A stretch of DNA of 64,000 nucleotides from Camelus ferus. Taxonomy: Eukaryota. The stretch's first letter is position 1. The number at the start of each line of letters is the position of its first letter. A program made the position numbers and the translations under genes. Below the pieces are notes generated by a model. It saw only the letters and a program-made list of their open reading frames with translations, made no database searches and was not told the origin of the DNA. Positions 28,307-47,499 of this stretch are shown here, one piece after another. Location of the stretch: assembly GCF_009834535.1 (NCBI RefSeq), contig NC_045716.1:21018001-21082000 (forward strand), read 5' to 3'.

Positions 28307-29962
28307 GAGAAGGCTGCATTACCTGCACTGCCGGGCCTACCACAGAGCAGGGCTCCGTCCATACACAGTCTTGTGCACTGTTGGGGGATCACCACTTGTC
28401 TGAGGCGGAGCATGCTCAGGGATGGAAAGGCTACAGCAGAAATCTGGGGTCGTCTTCAGGCTCAGAGCGCCCTCAGACTTCTGGCTCTGACAAGGCTTAA
28501 TTAAGCTCCAGTTCAGAGGGAGAGACTCCCAATTTTTCAAAGCAATTTTCTTCATATTTGTGGCAACAGTGCCAAGAGAAAGAAGGGGGTGGGATTCCTT
28601 GCTGTTTTTCTTTCCAGCATGGTCCTTTTTCCCACCTCTACTTCCACTCATGTTGGTGTCTTTTATTCTGTCCCATTCAGCAATTTTCCACAGCATTTTT
28701 ACTGATGTTTCTGAAAATATTTCATTTTTAAAAATATACAAAACAACCCAAATGGATGTGTGGGCTACCTTGAAAACTTCACTCCTCTGGCACGACTCAG
28801 AAGTGGCAGCAAGCCCTACAGAGGAAAGAGGGCCCGTTACAAGCCCTCCTCTGATCCACTCTCCCCACGCCACCACCACAACCAGCATATTCACACCCTG
28901 AGGTGTTCAAGCCCCTTCACAGAAGGAGATACTGAGGCCAGGGAAAGACAGAGACAAGAACTAGAGTGACAGTGATGCAGGGCTCAGAGACAGGTCTTGA
29001 CCCAGAAGCATGGTACCGACGGGCAGATGGCAATGGTGCTTCAAAGAGAAATAAATGTGAAGCAGACCCTACACTAGATTGCATCAGTGAACAGCTGTCT
29101 GTGGCTGAGACCACAGTCTTTTCATTACATTTCCTTTTTCTGTGCCAGCTGGCCCTCAGGTTACTCACTTACAAATTGGGATGATTACATGCATCATGGG
29201 ACTAGGATGAGAATTAAATTTGATGCTGTTTGTGAAAATGACATTTTAAACTGTAAACCACTGTTTTAAATAAAAACCACTATTTTTAAATAGTAAAGGA
29301 CTTTACACAAGGGATTGTAATATTTTGCTGTTATGAACTCAATGGTTACTGAAGTAGGAAAATTAGAAACTGCCTAGGTCTGAGGATTAGGAAATAATAT
29401 CAGTCTAAGGAAAACCCTAAGAGCTGTAGGTGCACCCTTTTTTTTTTTTCTCAATAGAAAAGTAAATAACATTAGGTAAACACTGGCAGTATTTGTGATA
29501 TCAGCGTTTTTAAATCCCACAATGTAGTTGCAACCACAAGCTATTTTCTCTTCCCCCAGGCTCGGATTTCAGTAGCAGAAAAAAAAAAAAACAAAAAAAA
29601 ACACAAAACTGAGAAGAGGTGGAGGGGAAGTGTTATACAAGTGTATGTGCCATAGGGATTTGTGAGCATAGTATGATTTTTATAACATTGTGCTATAGAA
29701 ATATGTATGAGTATAGCAACATAACCAAAGACCTTAATTTTTCAGAATTAATTCTGCTCCAGAAATTTAGGAAGGAATTCAAGAGTTGGTACTCTCAGGG
29801 CCACACTCACTTCCTCCTGAAGGCCTCCCTGTTGTCAGTCATATTTCTCCTCATTTCCGCACCAAGTCCCTCAGCACTGAGGAACTTTGATTAGTATCCA
29901 TTTGCTGTTTTAAAGTTATTTTTCCTAATGAAAAAAAATTTTGTTTTTTAGTTTTATTTCTT

Positions 29963-30068
29963 GGGGGTGGAGGTAATTAGGTTTATTTATTCATTTATTT
30001 TTAGAGGATTGAACCCAGGACCTTATGCATGCTAAGCATGTGCTCTATCATTGAGCTATTCCCTCCCC
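29963..30068 (-). mobile_element. tRNA-derived SINE, camelid Vic-1-like
   Basis: Minus strand GGGGAGGGAATAGCTCAATGATAGAGCACATGCTTAGCATGCATAAGGTCCTGGGTTCAATCC (A and B boxes), followed by the ...AAATAAATAAACCTAATTACCTCC tail. Confidence 0.8.
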
Positions 30069-30254
30069 TGCCTTTTTTTTTTTTTTTTTAGTTTTTTTTA
30101 ATAAAATATGTTAATTGTAGAAAACCGGAAATTCAGAGAAAAGATATAAAGAAGGAGAAGCACCTTTTTGTAATCCTGTCACCTTGGAATGACTGCCTAT
30201 AACAGGTTACTATTTTTCCCTTCTATTTTTAGTGTGACTGTGGATTTTTTTTTT

Positions 30255-32360
30255 TTGAGATATAATTCACATATCATAAAATTCACTCTTCCAAAGTGTA
30301 CAATTCAGTGGTCTTTAGTATGTTCATGAGTTTATCCATCACCACTGATTCCAGAACATGTCATCAACCCAAAAAGAAACCCTGTACTCATCAGTAGTCA
30401 CTCTCCATTTCCTTCTTCCCGGGTTGACCTATGTCAGTGGATTTGCCTGCTCTGCACATTGCATGTAAATCCAAGTTGCTGCTTGTATCAATCCTTCATT
30501 CCTTTTGATGACTGAATAACATTTCATTGTGGATNNNNNNNNNNNNNNNNNNNNNNNNNNNNNNNNNNNNNNNNNNNNNNNNNNNNNNNNNNNNNNNNNN
30601 NNNNNNNNNNNNNNNNNNNNNNNNNNNNNNNNNNNNNNNNNNNNNNNNNNNNNNNNNNNNNNNNNNNNNNNNNNNNNNNNNNNNNNNNNNNTGCTATAAT
30701 ACTATTTTTAACAATAATTCTATTTTTAACTTTTTGAGGAACTTTCAAACTGTTTTCCAAGACAGCTGCATTATTTTACCTTCCCACCAGCAATGTATGA
30801 GGGTTCGAATTTCTCTACAACCTCACCAACACTTGTTATTGCTCATTTAAAAAATTATAGTTATCCTAGGAGGTGTGAAATGATACCANNNNNNNNNNNN
30901 NNNNNNNNNNNNNNNNNNNNNNNNNNNNNNNNNNNNNNNNNNNNNNNNNNNNNNNNNNNNNNNNNNNNNNNNNNNNNNNNNNNNNNNNNNNNNNNNNNNN
31001 NNNNNNNNNNNNNNNNNNNNNNNNNNNNNNNNNNNNNNNNNNNNNNNNNNNNNNNNNNNNNNNNNNNNNNNNNNNNNNNNNNNNNNNNNNNNNNNNNNNN
31101 NNNNNNNNNNNNNNNNNNNNNNNNNNNNNNNTTGATAGTGTGCTTTGGAGTACAAAAGTTTTAATTTTGATGAAGTCCAACTTAACTGTATTTTTCTTTG
31201 GTTGCTTGCACATTTGGACTCATAGCTAAGAAACTTTTGTTACCAACCAGGGTTCTTGGTCTCCTTAATCAATAGAAATTGATAAGAGACCAGATGAGAA
31301 ATTCAGGAAAGGCTTTATTGCTGCAGCATGATGGAGCAGAAACAAGTAATGGGTTCCTATGCTCACTGCCTGAGGAGGGGAGGGTGAGCTGGTCCCTTAA
31401 ATCGCGTGAGGGTAGGGGCAGGTCCAGGGGTTGAGCTGGAGGGGTGGCTTAGGTGGTTGGCCCACCCCCTTGGTGGTGCTGTGTGCAGGGATCATGCGCA
31501 GTATCTTGCTTCTGCTCCCAGTATCCTGCTTTTGCTCCCAGACACCACAGAAGTGGCAGTTGGGTTTTTGGTCTTTTTGTAGCTTATTGCTCATAACTCC
31601 AGGCACACAGTTATTTTTAGTTCTTTATAGTTTCTTTGTATTCTGTTGTTCTGTCCCAGTATAATTATTACAGCCCAGGGTCCCAGGCTTCAAGTCCCAG
31701 CCTGTCTCACTATTGTTTCATCCAAGGTTATGAAAATTTCCATCTATAATTTCTTTTGAGTTTTAGAAGTTTCACTCTTAGAGGTTTTGGATTCATGTTG
31801 AGTTAATTTTTTGCATATGAGACGAGGTACGGGTCCCACTTTATTCTTTTGCCATGTGGCTATCCAGTTGTCTTAACACCATTTATTGAAAACAATACAC
31901 TCTCCTTATTGAATCGTCTTGGCATTTTTGTTGAAAATTAATTGCTCGTAAATGTGTGGGTTTGTTTCTGGACTCTTATTTCTATTCTGTTGATCCAGAA
32001 CCACAGTCTTGATTACTATAGCTTTGTAGTAAGTTTAGAAATTGGGAAGTGTTTGTCCTTCAACTTTGTTCTTTTTCAAGAAAAAGAACCCCTTGCATTT
32101 CCAATTTGAATTTCCAAATCAGCTTGTCAACTTACGCAAAAAAGCCAGCTAGGAGTTTGACAGAGATTGCATTGAATCTGTAGACCAATTTGGAGAATAT
32201 TGTGATCTTAACAATATTAAGGCTTCCCATCCATAAACATAGGTACCTTTCCATTTATGTGGGTCTTCTTTAGTTTCAATGACATTTTGTAATTTTCAGT
32301 GTACAACTCTTGCACTTCTTTTGTTATGTTTTGTTAAATTCCTAACTGTTTTATTCCTTT
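30255..32360 (-). mobile_element. Old L1 (3' UTR and end of ORF2), interrupted by a solo LTR and two N runs
   Basis: Starts poly-T GAGATATAATTCACATATCATAAAATTCAC (L1M 3' end in antisense). ORF2-like remnants are seen in the minus ORFs at 30524-31213. Confidence 0.8.
31238..31709 (-). mobile_element. ERV1-type solo LTR, 472 bp
   Basis: TG...CA termini (minus: TGAGACAGGCTGGGAC...GGTTGGTAACA), AATAAA at 31319-31314, internal 20-bp tandem repeat at about 31500-31541, 4-bp TSD CTTT/CTAT with one mismatch. The L1 resumes on both sides. Confidence 0.8.
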
Positions 32361-33264
32361 TGGTGCTATTGCATCAAAATCTTATGGAGATGAGGGAGTA
32401 TGACTTATCAAGCAGTTGTGACAAAGCTTTACTGTGAAATGGCAGTTTTTCTCTTTGAAATTCCTGGGGGCGTTAAGTTATGGTAGATATTGATAAAGGG
32501 AAGCAGAGGGATACCTTTTTCAGGTTAGTTCTCGGGTGGCTCAGTGAAGCCTAAGAACCTTTTGTGGGGATGGAAGCGTATGCAACCTCTCTTGCTGATT
32601 TCCTTGCAGTATCTTCTTCCCCTCCCCTGTACAGTAGATCCACATACTTAACAAGGCAAGTCCAAACTCCTCAGCCTGCCTTGCGTTCCGGAATCCCCAC
32701 CCTCTCTCCAGTCCCAACCTTCCCTGGCTAAACCACCTGCTCCCTGAAGTCAGGGCTCATGTCTTACAAACCTTTGTTATCACCTGTACCAAAGGGGAAG
32801 GTCCTGGCACACAGTAGTGAGTCAAAAGGTGTTTGATGAACCTACTGAAACCTCTGGAGTTTTATAAATAACTGTCCCTGCAGGCTGAGTATTCATCCCC
32901 ACGTCACTTCAGAAATGTTGTCTCCATCTCTGCCTCCATGAATCTCTCAGGCCACTCTCGATGCTTTCCCCTAAAGTTTCCCTTCCTCGTAAATGTACCC
33001 AAGACTAGTCAGTGTCGGACCCAAAGCTGTTCTCGGCATCCAGAGAGTGTGGGTTAGGGCTGAAGTCCCGCGGCCGCTCAGGGCCTGCAGGTAGTTAGTA
33101 GAATACTTCCCAAATCTTCTGAAATGGGCACGCTCTGGACCCGAGTTTCTATGGCAAACAAACAGGCAAGCGAGCCTATCCAAAACAGTTCCTCCTGGGA
33201 GGACTGAGGCTCCGAGTCCGGAGTGAGTCTCTATGGTTTCGACAGCCTAGAAGGACCGAGAAGG

Positions 33265-33336
33265 CACTTCCGGGGAAATGGCGGCGCACAAGTCACATCT
33301 GCCACATGTTTCTGCGGAGAGGACCTTGCAATGAAG
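33265..33336 (+). promoter_or_regulatory. GPATCH4: GPATCH4 promoter and non-coding exon 1 (ETS and YY1 motifs)
   Basis: CACTTCCGG (ETS/GABP) 33265-33273, AAATGGCGGC (YY1) 33276-33285, donor AAG|GTAAGG after 33336. The matching acceptor is ACAG|TGA at 35870. Confidence 0.75.
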
Positions 33337-34730
33337 GTAAGGGGCTGCAGTTCTCCAAATGGTGGCTGTCGGAGCCTGGGCTCAGGAGCAAATGTGAGAG
33401 CGGGAGAGTAGTTTTACCCAAGTGAAACTGGCAGGAGGGCTGGAGTTTAGACCTCAGGAAGAAGGAGATCTAGGGAAAGGGTACCCGGCTCTTTGGGACT
33501 GCTGTAAGAATTATGGCCCTGGATCCCTTCTCCAGAAAGCTTCCAGAAAGCTCAGGTCAACTGGAGAGAAGACAGTTCCTGAAAGTGTACTCGCAGCCTG
33601 GGACCTAGTTGCTTCTGTCCACAGTTATTCATTCTAAGTCCGTTAAAGCAATCCCCACCCACGTGTATCATTCAGTTCACCGAATAACGCACTTTCGAGT
33701 CTTGGAGCTGCATTAATTGTACTGGGGTTGGGAAATAAAGCCCGTTTGTGACTTCCAGGGCGTATAGTTACGAATTACTGAAACAAGGGACAGGCCACCG
33801 TAAGTCTTACAGCATAAAGCACAAGTAGCTATAAAAGACTGAGGAGCATAGTGGTTAAGAACATCAGTTCTGGAATGCCTGAGGTCCTGGATCCACTGCC
33901 AGCTATTTGATTTGGACAAGTAACTGAACTTCTCAGTGCCATTTCTTCATTTGTAAGTTACGGTAAAAATCTTTAATGGGGTTGTTGGGAGGATTAAATG
34001 AGACATTGTGTGTGAAGCAAGTAGCAACAGGCTGGCACTGAGTAAATGCATAAGTGTTGTTGTTAATATTATTGAAATCTGCGGGCTGATAGATGAGAGA
34101 TAACTTCAGAAGAGGCAGATTTGAGGTGGCTTTAAAGGCCTCAGTGTTTGAATTTTACTAATCTTGCAGTATCAGGCAAGATGGAGCCATTTCTTCATTC
34201 GGTGCTTTTTTGTTGGGACTCTCAAGGTCTCAATTAGATTTTCAGGTAATCATCCTTCACAGTAGAAATGTGAACAGAAATGTGAGTCATCCCAAATTTG
34301 CTACTTGTTTTTTCTCTGAATTTGCTACTCTATATCTAAACAGACTGGTCATTGCTCTTAACCCTAAAATGTAATGTTTAGGAGGGGTGATGTAATGATG
34401 TGTCTGATTTTTTTTTTTTAAACCAGCATACTTACTAGACCTTCTTAAACACAAATAAAAGCTTTACCCTTCAGAGTTGTTACTTTGGAAGGCTAGAGGA
34501 TTACTCCAGTAGTGCCATTAATCAGCTTTGAAAATGGTCTGCAATGCCTGTGATAAATGATCTTAATACAAGTTACTTTTTGTGACTCAAGTCAGCAGTG
34601 ATAGTTTTGAATGTCTCGTGTAATAAGCCATCTTAACCAGTTCAGAGGCAAAGTTGGTATATAAGTTGGATAATGCCATTGTGGAGTCCAAAAAGAGGAA
34701 CACTTGAGTGACTGTAAAGAAATGCAAGTA

Positions 34731-34944
34731 CAGTCGACCCTTGAACAACACAAGTTTGAACTGCACAAGTCCACTTACATGCGTTTTTGTTTTTTTTTTT
34801 TTTCAATAAATACTACAGTACTACACCTGTGGTTGGTTGAATCCGGCGATGTGGAAGGCTGACTGTGGGACTTGAGCATCCATGGATTTTGGTTTCCATG
34901 GCAGGTCCTGGAACCAACACCCTGCAGATATTGAGGGATGACTG
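34731..34944 (-). mobile_element. Internally deleted MER2/Tigger-family DNA transposon
   Basis: Imperfect TIRs CAGTCGACCCTTGAA ... TTGAGGGATGACTG, with TA target duplication on both sides (34729-30, 34945-46). Confidence 0.8.
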
Positions 34945-35855
34945 TAGTTGGTAATATGATAGAAAGAGGGACACTTTGGAGTCAGGCAATCTGGGCTCAT
35001 ATTCCAGCTTCATCTCTTACTAGCTGTGTAACCCCAAGCAAGAAACCTGACTTCATTTTCCTCTTTTGTAAAATAAGGATAATGCCTATTTTGCAGGACT
35101 GTCAGGATTAAATGAGATGGTAAAACAATATGTGTAATCCCCCATTATGCATTAAATATTCAAGAAGAGCACCCTTCCTAAACTGGACAGTCCAAAAAAG
35201 GGGTGCTCCAACAAGACTGAAAGGAAGAGGTGTGTAGCCCCCACACCAAGAGGACAGTGAAAATGCTGGCCACAGGTATAGGGTATGGCTCTGCTAAGTA
35301 CTATTATAACTCAGGTTAATAAGCACCTCACTGCATTGTTTTTCATGGTAATAAATTGGGAGATGTTATCAGGTGGTGAGAATTTAAGAGTGGGACCTCT
35401 GCAGACAAGCCGCCTGGGTTTGAGTTCCACATGCATCAGCTGTGTGACCCTGAGCAAGTTACCTAAACTCTTGAGTCTTTAGTTTCCTCATTTGTAAAAT
35501 AGGGATAATAATACTTTCCTGAATGTAAAGTTCAGGAAATCTTCCTTAGCTGGGAAGATTACAGGAAATGATCCATGGAAAGCTTTAGCACAGCCTGGCC
35601 TGTGATAACATGACATGTGGCATCTCCATAAACAGGTGTTATTATCAATCTCAGTCTTCCTTGACTCTCAACGTGTTGATGTTGATCTCTTTGTGGTCAG
35701 TCAGGGAGCTCCCCAAGGACCAGGCCTCCTTCCTCTGTCTCTGTTCCAACTTAAGGAAAGAATTCTTACAAGAGCAGTCAGGGTGGGTTTGATGGATGAT
35801 TTGGGCACTTTCTCTTTTCCTCTTAAAGGGATGACAGTGATCTCTTCTCTGGTGA

Positions 35856-39925
<4,070 letters not shown>

Positions 39926-40364
39926 AGGCTAGGCCAAGGTGGGGCTTGGTTGATTCCTCTTCAGGAGTTGTTGACGCTTCAGAGACCTGAGTTGATGCAG
40001 GGCTTGTGCACCCCCTCAGTAAGGAGTCCCTCCGAAGGAGGAAACTGTTCTGGAATAGCAGTCTGCTGAGAGCAGAGGGATAGTACTATGCCTGAGTGAG
40101 GGAGCAGGCCTGGTCCCCCTTCCAGCTTCTAACCCAGAGATTGTGAACTCAAGCGCCTGCAGGAACCAGGCAGCCAAAGGACAAGGATGCTGAAAGCTGT
40201 GGGAACAGGAATGCAGACGCCCTCTGAAGGGACATCTTGCCTAAAAGAAGTTGGAAATGAAGACCTATGGGAAATGTACTGATTTTTAAATACTGCGAAG
40301 GCTAAAAAACACCCATGCAAATTCAGCCAATAGGTTGCCAGTTCCTAACTATACCAAGTGACTG

Positions 40365-40370
40365 AATAAA
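40365..40370 (+). terminator. GPATCH4 polyadenylation signal
   Basis: First AATAAA after the stop, 440 nt downstream, followed by GT/T-rich sequence. Confidence 0.6.
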
Positions 40371-40743
40371 CATCAGTTTGGGCTCCTAGCCTATATATAG
40401 GTCCTGACTGTCATCTCCATTCCCAGCCTGAGAAGGTCTTGAATACAAATTAGTTTCCTTGGAGCCCTCTGAAGAAATTCCTTCTGTTCATTTCCTGTAG
40501 TCTTGCTGTGCTGCTAAGTGGAAGGAGAACCTCACCCAGCTCCCTGTCCGTGTCCATGTCCCAAATAAGAATTGTGTGTAAAAGACAGCACACCTCACTT
40601 GGGAGCCTTTTTCAGCTTCTGAAAGTCAACTGTCATTGCCCCCAAATGTCACAGCAACCCCCCCTTGCACAGTCCGTTCCCCCAGAGAGGTGGCACCATA
40701 TATATGTCCAATGTTGCTCTCTGACTCCTGTCATCTCTTAACC

Positions 40744-40790
40744 TTTATTGCCAGAAGAGCTCTCTGGGAGAGAGGCACTAAGTCTTTATT
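40744..40790 (-). terminator. NAXE polyadenylation signals (two AATAAA)
   Basis: TTTATT on plus at 40785-40790 and 40744-40749, about 25 and 65 nt past the stop. Confidence 0.65.
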
Positions 40791-40815
40791 GGGAAGAATG
40801 CTCACCCACCTTCCC

Positions 40816-43400
<2,585 letters not shown>

Positions 43401-43894
43401 GATGTCCCGAAATGCTTTGCTCCCAACCGCCCTTTGATAACAATACATGTTTTTGTAGCTCTTTCGTGAAGCTGTATAGTATAGCAGTTAGCCCAGTTTC
43501 CTGCCGTACCACTTTCTTAGCTAAGTGAACTTGGACACTCCTGGTTTCAGTTTCCTGTCTATAAAATGAGGATACGAGTACATATTTCATGGGATGGTAA
43601 TCCATGGAACGCTGTCGACAGCTCCGGGTACATAGGGCTGTATAAAGTAAGTTAATGTTCTTACTTAAACTGCTAAACATTTTGTATAATTGAGTAACCC
43701 CCCTCCCCACTACAGGAGCTTACCCTGTCTGTTTACAAGGAGAGCACGCTGTGCTTCCCTAATCATATATAAAGATTATACCTCTTTATCAAGATAACGC
43801 TGTGGTTAAAAATATAGTTGAAACCGTAGACTCCAGGTCTAGATAATATTTCAAGAAAAGCATGGATAAGATGACAACTTTTTAGCCATGAGTT

Positions 43895-44037
43895 TTTACT
43901 ATCAGGTTGTTGTTTTGTTTTGTTTTTGATGGAGGGAGGTAATTAGATTTATTTATTAGAGGAGGTACTGGGAATTAAACCCAGGACCTCATATATGCTA
44001 AGCATGCTCTCTACCACTTGAGCTATCCCCTCCCCCC
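43895..44037 (-). mobile_element. Second Vic-1-like tRNA-derived SINE
   Basis: Minus GGGGAGGGGATAGCTCAAGTGGTAGAGAGCATGCTTAGCATATATGAGGTCCTGGGTTTAATTCCCAGTACCTCC... with the same tail as the copy at 30 kb. 11-bp TSD AGCCATGAGTT (43884-94) / AGCCACGAGTT (44038-48). Confidence 0.85.
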
Positions 44038-45699
44038 AGCCACGAGTTGTTAAGAATGCAAGCACATTCCTACATGGTTAAGGGAGAAGTTTGGGAAATA
44101 ACAAGCCAGTTACCGTTAAGGCACTAAGGTAAAGATAACCATTCAGGTGGAATGAAGGTCTTGTTTTTATGCTACTTTATTCTTTTTCTGTGTCATGAAT
44201 TGTATTCCTGGCTGGTTCACTAAGAAAGGCAAGAACCCCTCCTGCTTTTTACTACTCCTCTGATAATCTCCTTTTTAATAAGAGGTTTATTGTCACCTAT
44301 GGGATGTACCCTTGGCCTTCAGCTTTGTTTTACATGTTTCTTGTGGGAAATTGAATTTATCAGACTGTGATTGTGGTGGAAAATTGTTTTTGTTAGACCG
44401 TGTTTATGGTTGGAAATTGAGTTTACTCACCTAAACTGAAATGTAGAGTTGACATTACAATTGGATAATCTTATCCAAGACCTTATTAGCTTTATTTTAT
44501 AACTTAACTGGCATATAAGTAGCTTCACTTTTGTGTATTAGTTAAGACTCTCCTCAGACTTATTTGAGAAAATAAATTTGGTGCTTCTGAAGATTCATTT
44601 CTAAAACACAATGTGAAGCATGTTCCTTTGATTTAGATCACATTTGGACTATTTATATGTGCCAGATGCTGACATGAATCATATCATTTTATTCTCACAA
44701 AAAACTGTTATTATCCCCACTTTACAGATGAGAAAACTGAGGCTCAAAGATGTTGAATGACATGTCTAATGATACAGTGATAGCTGTCGGTGGAGCTAGG
44801 ATCAGAGCACCTTGACCTAGAGTCTGCAGTCTTAAGCCTTATCCTATGCTGAAATGCCTCTCCAAATGCAGAACTGTGTAATTAAAAGGTTGTCAACTGC
44901 TGGCTTCATTCTGATGAGATGTAAGTGTAAAATAACAACACAAGACATATCCCACCACACAAGACATATCCCACCACACACACCCGGAATTTATGAGGGC
45001 TGTCCTTGGGAAGGCAGTGCCGAAGACCTAGTCCACTTTACTGCCTTTCAGACTTTTGGAGTTTTATTTGGGAAATGCCTTGAAAACCAGTTTAAGAAGG
45101 GCTTGTGGATTAAGCACCTGCTGAGTTCCAGATGCTTTACATGTATTATCTATTTTAGTCCTGTCGCTCCTATGATGCATTTTTATCCTCATGTTATAGA
45201 TGAGAAATTGAGTAGCAGGGAGGAAGTCAAGTAGTTTTCTTAAGATAATATAGCTATTAAATGGGAAAGCCAGTGACGATTGATACTGGGTTGGCCTGAC
45301 CCAGTAGCAATACTCTTGTGTGGCAGACACTGCTACTTGTCCCTCAAAATCCATTCTCCTTTCTTTAATTTCTGTTTAAAGGCACTGTTAAATTGGCTTT
45401 TGTTACAGTTGGTGAACCTGCACCCTAATCAAGACATCTTGAAGGCCCAACAAGATAAGAAGCTCCACTTAGATAAGGAAGATTAACAGCTGTGTCATCT
45501 GCACCTAGTTCTGTGCCTGGAACATAGTAGGTCCTCTACAAATATTTTAATGAATCCTCAAAATGTCATTGTGAAGTAATTCACAGTACAGTAGAAGTTC
45601 TCTTATCTGACATGATCAGGAGTGAACTATTTTATTTCAACTTAAAACAAAAAATACATTCATTTGCTATCTGTCAAAGTGTGACCAGGGTCCCGTCTT

Positions 45700-46480
45700 T
45701 TTTTGTTTGTTTTATGTACACATATATTTCTTTCACATTCTTTTTGTTAAAAGTTATTATAAGATATTGAATATAGTTCCCTGTGCTATACAGTAGAAAT
45801 CTGAATTTTAAATGTTTTTATACATAGTGGTTAACATTTGCAAATCTCAAACACCCAAATTTATCCTTTCCCACCCTTTTGCTGATAACCATAACCATAC
45901 TGTATCTGCAAGTCTGTTTCTGTTTTATAGATGAGTTCATTAGTGTCCTCTTTTTTCTTTACTTTTTCTTTCTTTTCTTTTTTTTTTTTAAGATTCCATA
46001 TATGAGTGAAATCATAAGGTATTTTTCTTTCTCTTTCTGGCTTACATCACTTAGAATGACAATCTCCAGGTCCATTCATGTTGCTGCAAATGGCATTGTT
46101 TTGTTCTTTTGTTCTTTTTTTTTTTTTAATCACTGAGTAGTATTCCACTGTATGTATATGCACCATGACTTCTTTATCCAGTCATCTGTCAGTGGACATT
46201 TAGGTTCCTTCCATGTCTTGGCTATTGTAAATAGTGCTGCTGTGAACATTGGGGTGTATGTATCTTTTTGAACTGGAGTTTTCTCCAGATATATGCCCAG
46301 GAGTGGGGTTGCTGGATCATATGGTAAGTCTATTCTTAGTCTTTTGAGAAATCTCCATGCTGTTTTCCATAATGGCTGCACCAGACTACATTCCCACCAG
46401 CAGTGTTAGGAGGGTTCCCTTTTCTCCACACCCTCTCCAGCATTTATCTTTTGTGGACTTTTTAACGATGGCCATTCTGA
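45700..46480 (-). mobile_element. L1 3' end including the ORF2 C-terminal remnant
   Basis: ORF 46130-46381 ([30 protein letters not shown]...MFTAALFTIAKTW) is L1 ORF2p-like. The 3' UTR resembles the copy at 12.0-12.5 kb. Older L1 pieces continue to about 47470. Confidence 0.9.
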
Positions 46481-47499
46481 CAGACTAGGTTTTCTATTTT
46501 GATGACTTCCAGTGTCTCCATTTCTTCTTATGGATCACACTTCTGGTGTCAAGTTTTAAAATCTCTGTGCCTGACCCTAGATCACCAATTTTTCTCTAAG
46601 AATTTTTCCCCCTGGAATATGTTCTAATGCTACATTTTACATTGAAGTGTGTGATCCATTTCAAATTCATGTTTATATGACATATAAGGTTTAAGTGTTT
46701 AGGCTAAATGTTGTTTGTTTGTTTTCTTATTTTCATGTTTTGCTGTGGATGTCAGTTTGCCCTACTCCCATTTCATAAAGAAACCGTCTTTCCTCTAGTG
46801 AATTGCTTTTGCACTTTTGCCAAAAATCAGTTGGGCTTGGGCAAATTTGTTTGAATCTCTGCTGTGTTTCATTGAACAACGTGTCTAACATCACACAGTC
46901 TCTATCAGCTCTATAAATAAGCATTAGATTAGGGGCAACATTTCTTTTGGTTGTTGGAATTGTAGTAGCAATTCTAATTCCTTTGCCTGTCCACGTATCT
47001 TTTTAAGGACAAATACATGTACTTTCATATATGTGTATATCAAAGTTAAGTTTTGCACCTTTTAAAAAAAATTCATGTAAGAGTTCACCATCAACATTTA
47101 CCGCATTTCAGGCACAATTACACACGCACTCTCTCATACTGTTGCATTTTACAGATGCACTGGAAGTTTATTTAGTGAATGGCTATTAGTCACCCCCAAT
47201 TTTTTATTATAGGTAAGTAATGCTGAAATGAATATTCTTATCATTCCATGTGCATTGGCACCAATGTTCCCCACGCCCATTTTTTTGTCTTTGAACTTTG
47301 TTGTGTTCTAAGCAGAAACGGATTTTGTTTAAACTTTTATGTGGTTGAGGTTATAAATTATTTCCTTTATGATTTTGGGGCTTTGTTTTTATGCTTGAGA
47401 AAGACCTCTGCTCAAAATGATAGAATTAAAACACTCATCTCTTGTTCTGTGGGTACTTGTATGGTTTCAGTTTTGCAATGGCGACTGCAAAATAAGTCC

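Noticed and set aside
29963-30068. tRNA-like sequence with A and B boxes (also 43931-44035)
   Set aside because: No complete cloverleaf or acceptor stem, and it has a SINE tail (TSD at the second copy), so it is a SINE and not a tRNA gene.
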